A stretch of DNA of 64,000 nucleotides, from the NCBI GenBank assembly GCA_965202585.1, contig OZ241828.1, positions 39,928,001 to 39,992,000 on the forward strand. Reading direction: 5' to 3'. This document shows, one piece after another, positions 63,601-64,000 of this stretch. Source of the stretch: Thalia democratica. Its lineage: Eukaryota. The position numbers were made by a program, and so were the translations under genes. The first letter of the stretch is position 1. The number at the start of each line of letters is the position of its first letter. Under the pieces are notes generated by a model. It was not told the DNA's origin. It searched no databases and saw only the letters and a program-made list of their open reading frames with translations.

Positions 63601-64000
63601 ACATTCATTAAAAGTTGAGCTTGGAATACTCCAATCAATATTTAGAAAATTTAAGTCACCAATAATATAGAAAGAAAATTTTTTGGTGTGAAATGTTTAA
63701 TTAGGTCAATCATGTTTGATACAACTTTTGTAGATTTAGAAAGATTTGGAGGGATATAAATACATAGAAATCTTAACTTTAATCCGTTGAGAATTAAATC
63801 AAAGCATATAAATTCAAAACCGTCAAAAGTTATAAATTCGCTTTTAACCTCAACAATTTTTAAATAATTTTTAACAAAAACAGCAACGCCTCCCCCCCTG
63901 CTCAATCTATCATTGCGAATAATTTTATACCCAGATGGACAAAAATTAGAATTGATAATATTAGGACTTAACCAAGTTTCACTTAGGAACAATAAATCTA
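60605..64000 (-). mobile_element. Decayed CR1/Jockey-group LINE: ORF2 (APE endonuclease plus reverse transcriptase) with a long 3' UTR, truncated by the window edge
   Basis: Minus-strand frames give the endonuclease motifs FLSETWL, RNDRLSRGGGVAVFV, IIGDLNF and ILDL, and the RT motifs WKVSYIIPVYKK, QFGF, KAFDSVSH, SGVPQGGVIGPLLF, FADDTK and YLVYIRPKIKYNSPLWSP. There are many frameshifts and stops. ORF2 ends near 61277; the element ends with AATAAA and an (AAT)n tail near 60605. Confidence 0.9.

Overview
Very AT-rich (about three quarters A+T by eye) eukaryotic, animal-type genomic DNA. A tunicate-like deuterostome is my guess from the gene content; this is an inference only. Four host protein genes are supported: (1) a DCAF4-like WD40 protein, essentially one exon, at 13345-14589 (+); (2) IFT22/RABL5, 4 exons, 21756-27702 (+); (3) an intronless orphan 7-transmembrane protein at 36094-37134 (-); (4) AMACR (alpha-methylacyl-CoA racemase), 8 exons, 42738-56789 (+), ending in the peroxisomal signal SKL. 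The rest is a transposon landscape. It includes at least four Mutator-like foldback elements with 15- or 18-bp tandem-array termini and 8-9 bp target-site duplications (TSDs); the largest keeps a MULE transposase remnant with a Tigger/pogo element nested beside it. There are also several hAT-type MITEs, TTAA-flanked MITEs, two Penelope-like (GIY-YIG) relics, a near-canonical hammerhead ribozyme motif in IFT22 intron 3, a hairpin-bearing SINE-like repeat, and a decayed CR1-group LINE running off the right end. No CRISPR, tRNA or rRNA genes were seen. I found no convincing new multi-gene system. The best leads are the foldback MULE family, the intronic hammerhead, a sharp CpG step inside AMACR, and a read-through CaaX-like tail on IFT22. 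Coordinates were counted by hand and may be off by a few bases where marked approximate.
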